A DNA stretch of 64,000 nt from an uncultured Clostridia bacterium (GCA_934465535.1 CAKSKV010000004.1:41715-105714); one strand, 5' to 3'; positions 27,277 to 37,701 are shown, numbered from the stretch's first letter. Numbers and translations: made by a program. The notes: a model not told the origin generated them from the sequence alone.

Positions 27277-28379
27277 CAGACTTTTACCGGCAGAATCAGA
27301 TAAACCTTTCTGTCGTTATCCACAGGTTTAATAAGACAAGGCGAACGGTTTGTGGTCATGCACAGGCGTATCACCTCATCGTTGATATTTTTAAGGCAAT
27401 CCACAAAATATTTGGCGTTAAAGGCTATCTGCAAATCCTTATTGCAGCCGTTTATATTAACCACCTCATAAACATTTCCGCTTTCGCTGCGGGAGGTTAT
27501 AACCAGCTTTTCTTTATCAATGGAAAAAAGAATATAATTGTTGCGCACATTTTCCCTTGCCATAAGCCATGCTCTGTCTATACTGTCAAGCAGCTCCGCG
27601 CGGCTTACGGTAAATTCAAGATCGTGCACGGTGGGTATAAAGGACTGATATTTAAGATATTCTCCCTCATAAAGCCTTGTAAATACATTTGTGCTGCCCA
27701 CGGAAAAAAGCGCGTTGCTTTTGTTGAAGTAAACCTCAACAGGCGTATCCTCATCGGAAAGTATCTTACTTATTTCATTAAGCGCGCTGCACGGCACCAC
27801 CGCTCTCAAGGGCTCGTTTTCTCCCTCAATTTCGGCACTGCGCATTGCAAGACGCACGGTATCAAGCGCCACTATATTAAAGGTATTGCCGTTTATTTCA
27901 AAAAGACAGCCAGTAAGTATCTGCCGTATAAAGCCCTCCGGAGCCGCGGCAAATATCGTCTGGTTTATCATCTGCTTAAGCAGTCCCTGCGGCAAAGAAT
28001 AGCTTTTCGCCTTTGTAAAATGCGGCAGCTGCGGAAAATCATCCGCCTTCATGCTCATAATGCTTATCTTGCTGCCCTGCCCGGATATCACAACGCCGTC
28101 CTGCTCATTTCCGCTTATGCGTATTTCTCCGTTGGGCATTTTTCTTACTATTTCGCCTATAAGCTTGCCGTTTAATACAATAGGAGTATCATCGGATATT
28201 TCCGCCCCGAAGGAATCCTCTATCGTCATGGAAAGATCGGTACAGCTCAGCTTTACCTTTCCGTCCTGTATCTGAAAAAGTATGCCCTCTATAACGGCCA
28301 CCGCCGTTTTTTGAGGAAGAGCCTTGGTTACGGTGTTTATGCTGTTTAGTATAACAGACTTGTCCGCTGCAAAATTCAT
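27276..28379 (-). CDS. dnaN: DNA polymerase III beta sliding clamp
   Basis: 367 aa with a three-domain clamp pattern. Its stop overlaps the recF start by 1 nt. Confidence 0.95.
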   Translation of the reverse strand: MNFAADKSVILNSINTVTKALPQKTAVAVIEGILFQIQDGKVKLSCTDLSMTIEDSFGAEISDDTPIVLNGKLIGEIVRKMPNGEIRISGNEQDGVVISGQGSKISIMSMKADDFPQLPHFTKAKSYSLPQGLLKQMINQTIFAAAPEGFIRQILTGCLFEINGNTFNIVALDTVRLAMRSAEIEGENEPLRAVVPCSALNEISKILSDEDTPVEVYFNKSNALFSVGSTNVFTRLYEGEYLKYQSFIPTVHDLEFTVSRAELLDSIDRAWLMARENVRNNYILFSIDKEKLVITSRSESGNVYEVVNINGCNKDLQIAFNAKYFVDCLKNINDEVIRLCMTTNRSPCLIKPVDNDRKVYLILPVKV

Positions 28380-28436
28380 AAAAACCCCCGTATATAATAG
28401 TAATAAAAATTATTCTTTAATAATATTCATAATACC

Positions 28437-28541
28437 TGTGGAAAACACGGAAAAAGGCTAAAACCGCCGTTATAAAGGCTTTTTCACGCCTCATATCCTG
28501 TGGAAAACCGTGTGGACAAGCCCTTTATAATATGTGGATTA
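28437..28541. promoter_or_regulatory. cluster of four DnaA-box-like 9-mers upstream of dnaN
   Basis: TGTGGAAAA (28437-28445), TGTGGAAAA (28499-28507), TGTGGACAA (28511-28519), TGTGGATTA (28533-28541). Each is one mismatch from TGTGGATAA. An AT-rich stretch at 28390-28435 lies next to them. Confidence 0.55.
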
Positions 28542-28578
28542 TCTTTTACCGCGCATTTTTCAGGTGTTTTTTGAATAA

Positions 28579-29028
28579 TCAGGCTTCCTTTGCAAGCACC
28601 TTCACCTTAAGAGCGGAGGATACATTCGCATACAGCTTAAGCTCGGCCGTGTATTCTCCCACCGCTTTAATGGAGGGACAGGATATTTTTTTCTTGTCAA
28701 GGCTTATGCCGTGCTGTGCGGCAAGCGCTTCGCTTACTTCCTTTCCCGTTACGGAGCCGAATACGCGGTCATCCTTGCCCGTTTTGATATAACAGGTAAC
28801 GCTCAGCTCCTTAAGCTGCTTTGCAAGGCTTAAAGCCTGCTCCTTTTCCATTTGGGCACGGTGCTCGGCCGCTGCCTGCTGCTGACGGGCAGTGTCTATA
28901 TTGTTTGCGGTAGCCTCGCGCGCGAGCTTTTTAGGAAGAAGAAAATTGCGGGCAAAGCCGTCGCTCACTTCAAGAACCTGACCCTTTTTGCCGGTTCCTT
29001 TAACATCCTGATCCAGAATTACTTTCAT
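28579..29028 (-). CDS. rplI: 50S ribosomal protein L9
   Basis: MKVILDQDVKGTGKKGQVLEVSDGFARNFLLPKKLA, the canonical L9 N-terminus; 149 aa. Confidence 0.95.
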   Translation of the reverse strand: MKVILDQDVKGTGKKGQVLEVSDGFARNFLLPKKLAREATANNIDTARQQQAAAEHRAQMEKEQALSLAKQLKELSVTCYIKTGKDDRVFGSVTGKEVSEALAAQHGISLDKKKISCPSIKAVGEYTAELKLYANVSSALKVKVLAKEA

Positions 29029-29165
29029 ATGTGTTCCTCCTTTAAGCGAAAAAAAGCCTTAATGCCGTTTCGCCGTGTTTATTATACAGTATTTTATACA
29101 ATACAGCGGATTAAAATTGCGTTAAAAGCAAATATTCGGTGTCCGTTTGATTGATTATCTCTTAT

Positions 29166-29867
29166 TTATACAATTCCCGAAAGCACGCCGGATATTATAT
29201 TGTGAGAATAAAACAGGTTTGCAAGCCAGGAATTTTCAATGGAGCTTTGTATAGACGGCAGATCCACCACCGTAAATATAACCGGCACTACGGAAAACAG
29301 AATGGATACTATCATAAACCCGTAGATAAGCCCGAAGGCCGCGCCTATAAGGGAATCCCCTCTTTTAAGCACGGGAAAGGTAAAGGTTTTGTCCAACAGC
29401 TCTATTACAAAGGCGCATATTATCCGCACCGCAAAATAAAGTATCAGGAAGCATATAAGGTTCATGGAAAAATTTATAAGCGTCTGATTGAAATAATCGC
29501 TCATTGTATATATGCCTTGGTCGGCAAAGGTCTGATTAAGTATATTGTATTCCAGCTTTCCCGTTATCTGCGGGGGCAGATTGCTGGAATAAATTATTTC
29601 ATGTATTCTTTCCGCGCTTAAAGATGCGGCATCGACATTTGCAACCGACATATCCGAAAGCTTTTCCGCCCCGGCAGTAAAATAAAGCAGCTTCTGCCCA
29701 AGGTCGGAGGTGGACATTATGGTGCGGGAAAGCGGTACATAAAACATAAGGGCAATAAGCCATGCAAGAAAAAATGAGGCTATGTTGCATATAGTATTCA
29801 GAAAGCCCTTATAATAGCCTATAAGGCAGCCGGTTAATATCAGCAGAATTATAATTAAAACTATCAT
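29166..29867 (-). CDS. cvpA: CvpA-family membrane protein
   Basis: N-terminal MIVLIIILLILTGCLIGYYKGFL.. and a four-to-five TM pattern typical of the CvpA family. Confidence 0.65.
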   Translation of the reverse strand: MIVLIIILLILTGCLIGYYKGFLNTICNIASFFLAWLIALMFYVPLSRTIMSTSDLGQKLLYFTAGAEKLSDMSVANVDAASLSAERIHEIIYSSNLPPQITGKLEYNILNQTFADQGIYTMSDYFNQTLINFSMNLICFLILYFAVRIICAFVIELLDKTFTFPVLKRGDSLIGAAFGLIYGFMIVSILFSVVPVIFTVVDLPSIQSSIENSWLANLFYSHNIISGVLSGIV

Positions 29868-29925
29868 GTATATTTTCCTTTCCGTTTTATGGGGTAAGGC
29901 TTATATCATTTAACAGATATAAAAA

Positions 29926-31035
29926 CTATTTCAGCTCCAGTCTGTATACTTTATCTCCCTTAAGATAGCACAGCCTACCGTTTACATACACCGAGCTTAC
30001 CATTTCCGGCAGCGGATATTCCGTGCGGAAATGCGAGGAGATATCATAGGCGTAAAGCGCGGAAGATGTAAAGGTGTAAAGATATTTATCGGTAACAGCG
30101 GTTGCTATTATTTCGTCCTTTTCCTCAATAAAATACGAAATTCCGCTGTCCGGTATGCAAAGCACGCGCTTTTTTGCCTCAAAAGAGTCGGAAACAGGGC
30201 TTAGCATAAGGGTTTTGGATACATTTCCGTAGTTTATATTTTTGCTTTCATAGCCCACGCAGCGGGTGCGGGAGAGCACCTTGCCGGTGTAATCTATATT
30301 TATTACCTCATGGCTTCCCAAAAGGCTTATGCGGTCCTTAAGAAATACCGGAGCGTAAATTATCTGGTCAAATTCACTGTAAGAAACCGTTATATGCTTT
30401 GTTTCCTCATAGCGGTAGGTAACAAAACGGTAAACCGGGGTTATAGAGGAGGTATCGGCATATATCAGCCATACGGATTTATTATCGGTGGAAAAAATAC
30501 CGTAGGTAAGAAAGGTCTGATTTTCCTGCTGTACTATGGTATCCGTTATATCGCCGTTTTTGTCCGTAATAATAAGGCAGGTCTGTGCGCCTTGGGTCTG
30601 AAGCATTACAACAACATTGTCGCTTACCCTTACATCCCGGATGGGATAATCGTAAACCCGGCTGTACAGCAGCTCTCCCTCGCTTGATATAAGCTGCAGC
30701 TTTGAGGAAACATATACGGCCAATCGGTTATCGCTTGCCTGTGCGCGCATCTGCTGCGTAACTCCGGAAAAGCCCCACAGCTTCTTTGAGCTTTTATCAA
30801 TATAGTAAAGCTCGCCGTTTGTCTTATCTATATATACGCAGCCCTTTGAAAAAGGTATTATCTCGCAGGAGGGGCTTATATCGGTAAGGCTTATGCGGTC
30901 GTCCATTCTTGCCTGAGCCTTGGGACGCAGCAGAAAGTAAAGCCCTATTGATAAGCCGATAACAAGAATAACGGAGAATATTATCCAGTTTCTTATAAGA
31001 CGCCGAGTACGGCGCCGGCTTCTGTACGTCGTCAA
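29926..31035 (-). CDS. hypothetical membrane-anchored protein (repeat/beta-rich ectodomain)
   Basis: Arg-rich N-terminus, a single TM segment (IIFSVILVIGLSIGLYFLL) and a beta-strand-rich remainder. Possibly DUF5711-like (weak recollection). Confidence 0.6.
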   Translation of the reverse strand: MTTYRSRRRTRRLIRNWIIFSVILVIGLSIGLYFLLRPKAQARMDDRISLTDISPSCEIIPFSKGCVYIDKTNGELYYIDKSSKKLWGFSGVTQQMRAQASDNRLAVYVSSKLQLISSEGELLYSRVYDYPIRDVRVSDNVVVMLQTQGAQTCLIITDKNGDITDTIVQQENQTFLTYGIFSTDNKSVWLIYADTSSITPVYRFVTYRYEETKHITVSYSEFDQIIYAPVFLKDRISLLGSHEVINIDYTGKVLSRTRCVGYESKNINYGNVSKTLMLSPVSDSFEAKKRVLCIPDSGISYFIEEKDEIIATAVTDKYLYTFTSSALYAYDISSHFRTEYPLPEMVSSVYVNGRLCYLKGDKVYRLELK

Positions 31036-31069
31036 TTATATTACCCCTTGAATGTATGCAAAATATATG

Positions 31070-31111
31070 TATATATATCGCTTATATATATATCGCTTAT
31101 ATATATCGCTT
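31070..31111. repeat. 3 x ~14-bp AT-rich tandem repeat (ATATATATCGCTT)
   Basis: Read directly in the spacer upstream of the 29926-31035 gene. Confidence 0.6.
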
Positions 31112-31165
31112 TGGCAGCACTTATGCGTGTTTATTCTTGCCGCCTGTTTTCAAAATAAACCGCCT

Positions 31166-32050
31166 TTATTGTTTCTTGGGCATTATGCAGTTAAGGGCGC
31201 CCGGCAGAATGGATATTTCCGCAGGCAGACAGTCAATAAGCTCACCGTCGCAGTTCATGGGTATCTTCGGAGCAACATCAAGGCTCAGCCTTTCGCAGCG
31301 ATAAAAATCCGTGCATTTAAGAGTGAGCAGCTTGCCCTTGAGAAACATTGTAAGCAGATAAGGCAGCTTAAGACGGTTCACCTTTCGTATAACCACAAAA
31401 TCTATCTTGCCGTCGTGCATATCCCCTTCGGGGGCAACCGGCAGCCCGCCGCCGCAGTAACGCCCGTTGGCTATGGAAACCATCATTGCCTGCACGGTTT
31501 TTTTCTCTCCGCCGTCAACGGAAAAGGCACAGGTACGGTTTTTGTAGCACAGTATCGTTACAAACAGCGATATATGATAGGAGGTTTTATCCTTAAAAAA
31601 GCGGCGGTAACGGTTTGCACGGGATAGTATTTCCACATCCAGCCCGGTCCCAAGCACATTAAGGCAGCGGCGTGAGCCGAAAAGTATAATGTCCACGGGC
31701 TTTATTTCGCCGTTTAATACCACCTTTATTGCTTCCACGGGGTCGGCCGGAAGCCCGGAGGCGCGCATAAAATCGTTTCCCGTGCCGCCCGCTATAAAGC
31801 CCACGGGCTTTTTGCTTTCTCCCAGACCGTTTACGGCCTCGTTGAAGGTGCCGTCGCCGCCCAGCACCGCAATACGCGTGCATTCATCATCCTCGGCGCA
31901 TCTTTTACCGTGTTCAATGGATTCCGTGGCATATGTAGATATAAGTAAACGGTAAGGAATGTTTTCTCTCTTAAGATATTCCTCCACGGCAGCCAGATTT
32001 TTTTTGCCTCTTCCTCCGCCGGAGAGCAGATTTGCTATTATGTAAAGCAT
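31166..32050 (-). CDS. diacylglycerol/lipid kinase (YegS/DagK family)
   Basis: GGDGTFNEAVNG and GGTGNDF motifs; ~294 aa. Confidence 0.85.
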   Translation of the reverse strand: MLYIIANLLSGGGRGKKNLAAVEEYLKRENIPYRLLISTYATESIEHGKRCAEDDECTRIAVLGGDGTFNEAVNGLGESKKPVGFIAGGTGNDFMRASGLPADPVEAIKVVLNGEIKPVDIILFGSRRCLNVLGTGLDVEILSRANRYRRFFKDKTSYHISLFVTILCYKNRTCAFSVDGGEKKTVQAMMVSIANGRYCGGGLPVAPEGDMHDGKIDFVVIRKVNRLKLPYLLTMFLKGKLLTLKCTDFYRCERLSLDVAPKIPMNCDGELIDCLPAEISILPGALNCIMPKKQ

Positions 32051-32555
32051 CAGTCACTTACCGTCCGTCTTTTCTTATTTAATACACCCGTAATTAAAAT
32101 ATATCACACTATATTCTAACAGAAAATGCTTCAAAAATAAAGGAAAATTTATATATGTGCAGGTAAAAAATTGTGACAAAATGCCTCCGCACCGCAAAAA
32201 GGCGGTATAATCCCCTAAACTTCGGAATTCATTGCGTTTCCGTGTTTTTTAGCATTTTATTTTGTCCGTTTATATTGAGGGTTATATGCAAAAATTAAAG
32301 AAAAACAGGCCTTTATATTAAACAGTTAACAAAAATTAAATAAGAAAGAAGAGTATTAAGCTAATACAGCACGGCAATGTTATATTCATGTTATAAATAT
32401 GAAAATTTCAAACATAAGCTGTAAAAACACTGTACCGCAAAATAATAATATGCTATAATTTCTTCGTATCGTCTGTAATTCTGTAAGTAAGAAACTAAAG
32501 AAAAACGGGAAAGGATGTTGCGGCGCATAGGGAAAATGAGCCGCACGGGATAAAG

Positions 32556-34448
32556 ATGAAAAAGAAAACAGGCATTGTTACGGTGCTGCTTACGGTGTTT
32601 ATATTGCTGCTTTGCGCCTGCACCCCCGCTCAGACTCCGACGCAGAGCACATCACAGCCATCAGCGCAGCCTGATACGGCGTCCCCGGAGGAAACTGCAA
32701 CAAACGAGCCGGAAAACACGCCCGATACCCGAACGGAGGCGGAAAAGCTGGCGGATTTTTACGGTAACGGCTATAATACCAACACCCTTATAGGCATCGA
32801 TCAGTTCGGCCGCACCTTTGAAGCGGGCGGAGAGGACCGCAAGGGCAAGCAGGTGGGAATATTCTATTGGCCGTGGTTCGGCGAAAAATCCACAACGGGC
32901 GTGTATAACAACACCGAGATTCTCAAAATGAAAAACGGCCTTAAGCTGCTTACAAGCATGGACGATGTGGATCCCGATATCAGCCCTGCTTATCAGGATC
33001 ACTATTGGGGCGAGCCCCTTTTCGGATATTATCACTCTCAGGATAAATGGGTCATCCGCCGGCATCTGCGTATGCTGGGGCTTGCTGGTGTGGATTATAT
33101 CTGCTTTGATGCAACAAACGGCATAGCTTTTTCCTCTGTGGCAAAAACGGTGCTTTCCTGCATTGACGAGCTTCAGAAGGAGGGCTTCAATCCCCCGCGG
33201 CTGACATTTTATACTCACTATAAAAGCATGCAGGTGGTAAAACGCCTCTATAAGGATGTTTACAGCGCAAACTATTGCCCAAATGGCTGGTATACCTATG
33301 AAGGCAAGCCCATGATAATTGCATATACTGACCCCAAGGATGATATAAAGGCCACGGGAGGGCCGTACAAGCCGGCAAAATACAGCGATGAGATTGCAAA
33401 CTTCTTCACCTTTGTAAGACCGGAATGGCCCAATGAATACAGAATGTATGACGACAGCATAGCATGGGTGGAGTGGAAATACCCAATTCCCTATCACAGC
33501 AAGTTCAGCGCCATGACGGTATCTCCCTCTGCACATGTGGGCTGCCCGTATTCCTATTCCCTTACCGGGCGCACCACAAACTGGGGACGGGGATGGGATC
33601 CTCAAAGCGGTAAAAACATAAGCGAAAATGTGGAAAAGGGCACCTTTTTTCAGCTTAATTGGGACAGAGCGCTGGACCGCGACCCGGATATGATATTTGT
33701 GGGCGGCTGGAACGAATGGACAATGACCAAGCAGGAGTGGGGCGGAGAATATGCGTTTGTTGATAATGTAAACATGGAATATTCCCGCGATATAGAGCCT
33801 ATGAAGGGCGGCTACAACGATGCCTTTTATATGCAGATGACGGACAACATCCGCAGGTACAAAAAAACGGAAGTGCCTTCCGGGAAATTCGATTATGTAA
33901 CACCCGGTGCGGATTTTGACTGGAACGGCGTAAAGGCGGTGTTCCGTAAATATGAGGCGGTAAACGAGGCGCGCGACGAGGACGGAAAGCCAAAAACCGT
34001 ACACTATGTTACGGCAGCGGCGCGCAATAACGCAAAGGAAATACGCGTGGTAACCGATAAAGACAATATTTACTTTATGATAAAGTGCGAAAATGCAATT
34101 ACCGCCCGTGAGGAAAAAACCTGGATGAACCTGTTTATCGGCACGGGAGAGCTTTCAGCAAAGGGCTGGGAGGGCTATGAGTATGTAATAAACCGTTCCT
34201 CTCAGGGCAGCGTGGATAAGCTGGATGAAAGCATGAAAATAACCGCCTGCGGGCAGGCCGAGGTTGCGGTAAAGGAGAATGTTATGCTTATAACCGTTGC
34301 CCGCAGCGTGCTGGGGCTTGGGGCAAACGATAACGGCTTCTATTTCAAGCTTGCCGATAATGTGGAAAACAGCGAGGACATAATGGATTATTATGTTACC
34401 GGCTGTTCCCTGCCCATAGGACGCATGAGCTTCCGTTATGTAGGCTGA
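32556..34448 (+). CDS. secreted lipoprotein, possibly glycoside-hydrolase-like
   Basis: Lipobox LLLCAC, a Pro/Thr/Gln linker, then a domain with GIFYWPWFG and VDYICFDATNG that reminds me of TIM-barrel glycosidase-like families. The function is not established. Confidence 0.75.
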   Translation: MKKKTGIVTVLLTVFILLLCACTPAQTPTQSTSQPSAQPDTASPEETATNEPENTPDTRTEAEKLADFYGNGYNTNTLIGIDQFGRTFEAGGEDRKGKQVGIFYWPWFGEKSTTGVYNNTEILKMKNGLKLLTSMDDVDPDISPAYQDHYWGEPLFGYYHSQDKWVIRRHLRMLGLAGVDYICFDATNGIAFSSVAKTVLSCIDELQKEGFNPPRLTFYTHYKSMQVVKRLYKDVYSANYCPNGWYTYEGKPMIIAYTDPKDDIKATGGPYKPAKYSDEIANFFTFVRPEWPNEYRMYDDSIAWVEWKYPIPYHSKFSAMTVSPSAHVGCPYSYSLTGRTTNWGRGWDPQSGKNISENVEKGTFFQLNWDRALDRDPDMIFVGGWNEWTMTKQEWGGEYAFVDNVNMEYSRDIEPMKGGYNDAFYMQMTDNIRRYKKTEVPSGKFDYVTPGADFDWNGVKAVFRKYEAVNEARDEDGKPKTVHYVTAAARNNAKEIRVVTDKDNIYFMIKCENAITAREEKTWMNLFIGTGELSAKGWEGYEYVINRSSQGSVDKLDESMKITACGQAEVAVKENVMLITVARSVLGLGANDNGFYFKLADNVENSEDIMDYYVTGCSLPIGRMSFRYVG

Positions 34449-34921
34449 TAACGGACTTTTTGACGGAGGACGGATCCGTAAAAAAGCATAAAAAAACGGT
34501 AAAAAACAAGTATAAAAAGCGAAAAAAACGGCAAAAAAACGCTGTATTTTTCGCTTTTTTTCGATACCTTTTATGGGGACGCAGAAAAATACGGGTGCAT
34601 AAACAAACAACACTGCGTATGCGCTGCATCCGGCGCGCCGGGGCTGCGCCCCGGCCGTGCGGCCTTCACTTTGTTTCGGCCGTCCGGCTATGCGCTTTTT
34701 CGCCTTCGCAGCCAAGGCTGCTTCGGGCAAAAAAACGCCTGCGGCGCGCCTATGTAAAGCGGCCGTGCTGCCCCTTATGCCGCCCTATCGCTTTTCGCGG
34801 GCAGAGCTAAAAGCGCAGCACACAGCTTATATAAGACACTATGAAAAACAAAAAGCCGTCCGGCGGACGGCGAAAAAGTTAAATATAAAACAGATTCCAA
34901 AAGGCAGCACATATGAAAAAT

Positions 34922-35344
34922 TTACAGCGGACGCATTGCGGGTATAAAATTGCGCAGCACATAGTAAGTCAGCATGGCGCACAGCAGAATATAGCTGAAG
35001 GCGGGCTTTCGCGGATAAAGGCGCAGACGCTTTCCGAAGGCGAAAAATATAAGCTCCATCCAAAATACGCCTGCGATGATTATAAGCACCGCAGGGGTTA
35101 TATTATAGTGAAGCGAGCCGAAAATATCGCCGGCAAGCAGATGCTGCACGGCGCGTGTGTTGCCGCAGGCCGGACACCAGATCCCGAGGCGGGAGTGAAG
35201 AAAGCACTTAGGCAGCAGCGTTCCCAATGCGCTGATATCCCGCGCAAAAATAATGCACAGCAAAGCGGCGGCAATGGGAAAAGCAATAACAAATATCCGC
35301 AGAAAAAGGCTTTTACGGCAGCCGGTATCCGTTGCAACGCGCAT
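34922..35344 (-). CDS. DUF2752-like membrane protein
   Basis: LGIWCPACGNTRAVQHLLAGD motif and 3-4 TM helices. Confidence 0.65.
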   Translation of the reverse strand: MRVATDTGCRKSLFLRIFVIAFPIAAALLCIIFARDISALGTLLPKCFLHSRLGIWCPACGNTRAVQHLLAGDIFGSLHYNITPAVLIIIAGVFWMELIFFAFGKRLRLYPRKPAFSYILLCAMLTYYVLRNFIPAMRPL

Positions 35345-35346
35345 TT

Positions 35347-35946
35347 TTATTCCATGGGCAGCTGGTCGATCCAGGAGTTCCAGAAATCATCCATGCGGTC
35401 AACAAACCCGGTAAGGTACATAATAAGGGTTATAAGCGCGGCCACAACGGAAAGGGAGCCCAGAACAATACCTATTACCGCCATGGTCTTGCTGCCGCCC
35501 TTGGCCTTGAAATGAACGGAAAGTATGCCGAATACGATGGCGGCAGCGCCCGGCAGCAGCGTTACGAAAATGTCCACCCATGTGTTTCCCACATTGAAGC
35601 AGCAGCACAAAAGGAAGGAGAGAATTCCCGTAACAAGGGAAACTATCGATGTCCAGCGCGCCTTGCCTGCCTGCGGATCGGGAGCCTGCGGGGGCGTAAA
35701 GGGCTGAGCCGTGTAATTAGGAATTCCGCCGGTGTACTGCTGTGAATTTCCGCCGGTATAGGCTGCATTGCTGCCGCCTGTATACGGCTGAGAGTTGCCT
35801 CCGGTATAAGAGGCGTTATTGCTTCCGGTATAGGCAGAGCCGGCAGCGGAATCAGGCTGATCCTGAAGCTCCTGTTTGCTTCCGCACTCGGTGCAGAATT
35901 TTGCGTTGTCCTCTACGGGAGCGCCGCAGTGTATGCAATATTTCAT
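35347..35946 (-). CDS. zinc-ribbon protein with YTGG repeats and a DUF4190-like membrane domain
   Basis: MKYCIHCGAPVEDNAKFCTECG ribbon, five or six YTG(G/S)Nxxx repeats, then a TM region (SIVSLVTGILSFLLCCC.., AAIVFGILS..). Confidence 0.65.
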   Translation of the reverse strand: MKYCIHCGAPVEDNAKFCTECGSKQELQDQPDSAAGSAYTGSNNASYTGGNSQPYTGGSNAAYTGGNSQQYTGGIPNYTAQPFTPPQAPDPQAGKARWTSIVSLVTGILSFLLCCCFNVGNTWVDIFVTLLPGAAAIVFGILSVHFKAKGGSKTMAVIGIVLGSLSVVAALITLIMYLTGFVDRMDDFWNSWIDQLPME

Positions 35947-36093
35947 AAGATGCTTCCTTTCTCCGATAAATACGGGGTATGGATATTATGTATGGATATA
36001 ATGACCGCCGGGTATGAAAGCGCGGTATTTTGCGCGCCGTGGGCGGCTGCAGCAATGATTGACGGAATTAAGCGTAAAGGCGCACGGGCAAAT

Positions 36094-36513
36094 TTAAGAT
36101 ATATAAAATATCATGGGCAGCTTATCGGCGGGGGCAATGCCGAAATGGTCAAGAATATCGGCAATAAGCAGCGCTTCTATAACAATGGAAATACATACCG
36201 CCGCAGCGCACAGAATTATTCCGCTTATTGCAAAGCCGCGGCCGGCAGGCTCGTTTGCCTTACCGAAAATGCTGATTATAAGCCCGGTGACAGCAAAAAG
36301 GAAGAATAAAGCGGTAAGCAGCGGTGAGTATGTGCAGCAGGTGGTAAACAGCAGCATATTTGTACATATGCCTATTACCGTGCCGGTTATGCTTAGCCCT
36401 CTTTTCCTCTTTTGGGGAGCGTGTGCGCAAGTCTGCGGCAAAACGGGAGCGCCGCAGCGGGTACAGTACCTTCCGCCGGACAGGGGTGCGCCGCATTTGG
36501 TGCAATAGCTCAT
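36094..36513 (-). CDS. zinc-ribbon membrane protein
   Basis: MSYCTKCGAPLSGGRYCTRCGAP ribbon followed by three hydrophobic helices. Confidence 0.55.
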   Translation of the reverse strand: MSYCTKCGAPLSGGRYCTRCGAPVLPQTCAHAPQKRKRGLSITGTVIGICTNMLLFTTCCTYSPLLTALFFLFAVTGLIISIFGKANEPAGRGFAISGIILCAAAVCISIVIEALLIADILDHFGIAPADKLPMIFYIS

Positions 36514-36762
36514 TAAAAAGCCTCGCTTTCCGTTAAAACAAAAACAAAACCGTATGCTGATTTTAATACACCGCGGTTACTTTGTCAACAGGGAAAACCG
36601 GTGGCGCGGGGTTATGGTTTTTCCTTAGGCGGGGCATAAGCAATGCCGCCGCTTTTCAAATATGCGGTTTTGATATACAATATAACAGCAATATAATGAA
36701 GGAATTTACCGTGCATGGTTTGTCTTGCGGCGCGTATGCGGCAAAAGAAACGGGAGAGATAA

Positions 36763-37701
36763 ATGAAAATAGGCACATTGCAGACAAAAAACAACATATT
36801 TCTTGCGCCGATGGCGGGAGTGACGGATAAACCGTTTCGCGACGAGTGCGTGCGCATGGGAGCCGGGCTTGTTTACAGCGAAATGGTAAGCGCCAAGGGG
36901 CTGGCGTACGGCAATATGCACACAAGGGTGCTGCTGGCATCGGGGGATTATCCCTGCGGAGTGCAGCTTTTCGGAAGCGACCCGGAAACAATAGCGCGTC
37001 AGGCCGCGGCGCCGGAACTTGAAGAATTTGATTTGATAGATATAAATATGGGCTGCCCCGCACGCAAAATAACAGGAAACTGCGAGGGAAGCGCGCTTAT
37101 GCTGCGCCCCGGGCTTGCTTATGCCATCATAAGGGAAACCGTGGCGGCGGTAAAAAAGCCGGTTACGGTGAAGCTGCGTGCGGGCTATGACGAGGCGCAC
37201 AAAAATGTGCTGGAGATAGCCCTGCTTGCACAAAAGGCAGGAGCCGCCGCGGTGACGGTGCACGGCCGCACAAAGGAACAGGGCTATTCCGGAAGCGCGG
37301 ACAGGGAAATTATTGCGCAGGTTGCCCATGCCCTTGATATACCGGTTATAGGCAACGGAGATGTTACGGACGGGCCGTCGGCCGATGATATGCTTTCGCG
37401 CGGCTGCGCCGCCGTTATGGTGGGACGCGCCGCGCAGGGAAACCCGTGGATTTTTGAGGAGATATCGGCCTATCTTGAGGGGCGCAGCTATACTCCGCCG
37501 ACGGCGGAGGAAAAAAAGGAGGTAATACTGCGCCATGCGCAGGCTCTCTGCGAGCTTAAGGGGGAGGCGGCAATGCGGCAGATGCGCCGTCATCTGTGCA
37601 GCTATACGCGGGGAATGAAGGGGGCGGCCGCGCTTCGGGGCGAAATGAATTCCATAGAAACGGTGGAGGATGTGCAGCGCATACTGGAAAAGTTTTTTTA
37701 A
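36763..37701 (+). CDS. dusB: tRNA-dihydrouridine synthase
   Basis: LAPMAGVTDKPFR, IDINMGCP, VTVHGRT blocks. Confidence 0.9.
   Translation: MKIGTLQTKNNIFLAPMAGVTDKPFRDECVRMGAGLVYSEMVSAKGLAYGNMHTRVLLASGDYPCGVQLFGSDPETIARQAAAPELEEFDLIDINMGCPARKITGNCEGSALMLRPGLAYAIIRETVAAVKKPVTVKLRAGYDEAHKNVLEIALLAQKAGAAAVTVHGRTKEQGYSGSADREIIAQVAHALDIPVIGNGDVTDGPSADDMLSRGCAAVMVGRAAQGNPWIFEEISAYLEGRSYTPPTAEEKKEVILRHAQALCELKGEAAMRQMRRHLCSYTRGMKGAAALRGEMNSIETVEDVQRILEKFF

Noticed and set aside
31070-31111. Short tandem repeats considered as a CRISPR or iteron array.
   Set aside because: Only three contiguous ~14-bp AT-rich units with no spacers, far too short for CRISPR. Most likely promoter-region low complexity.
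25572-32050. A block of lower GC than its flanks, considered as a horizontally acquired island.
   Set aside because: It contains core genes (recF, dnaN, rplI, lipid kinase) with no mobility genes. This is more likely local compositional variation. Not quantified here.
32051-32555. 505-bp AT-rich divergent intergenic region screened for a riboswitch, sRNA or sORF.
   Set aside because: Only an extended -10 element (TGCTATAAT at 32451-32459) and trivial sORFs of 11 codons or fewer were seen. I recognised no conserved riboswitch core.
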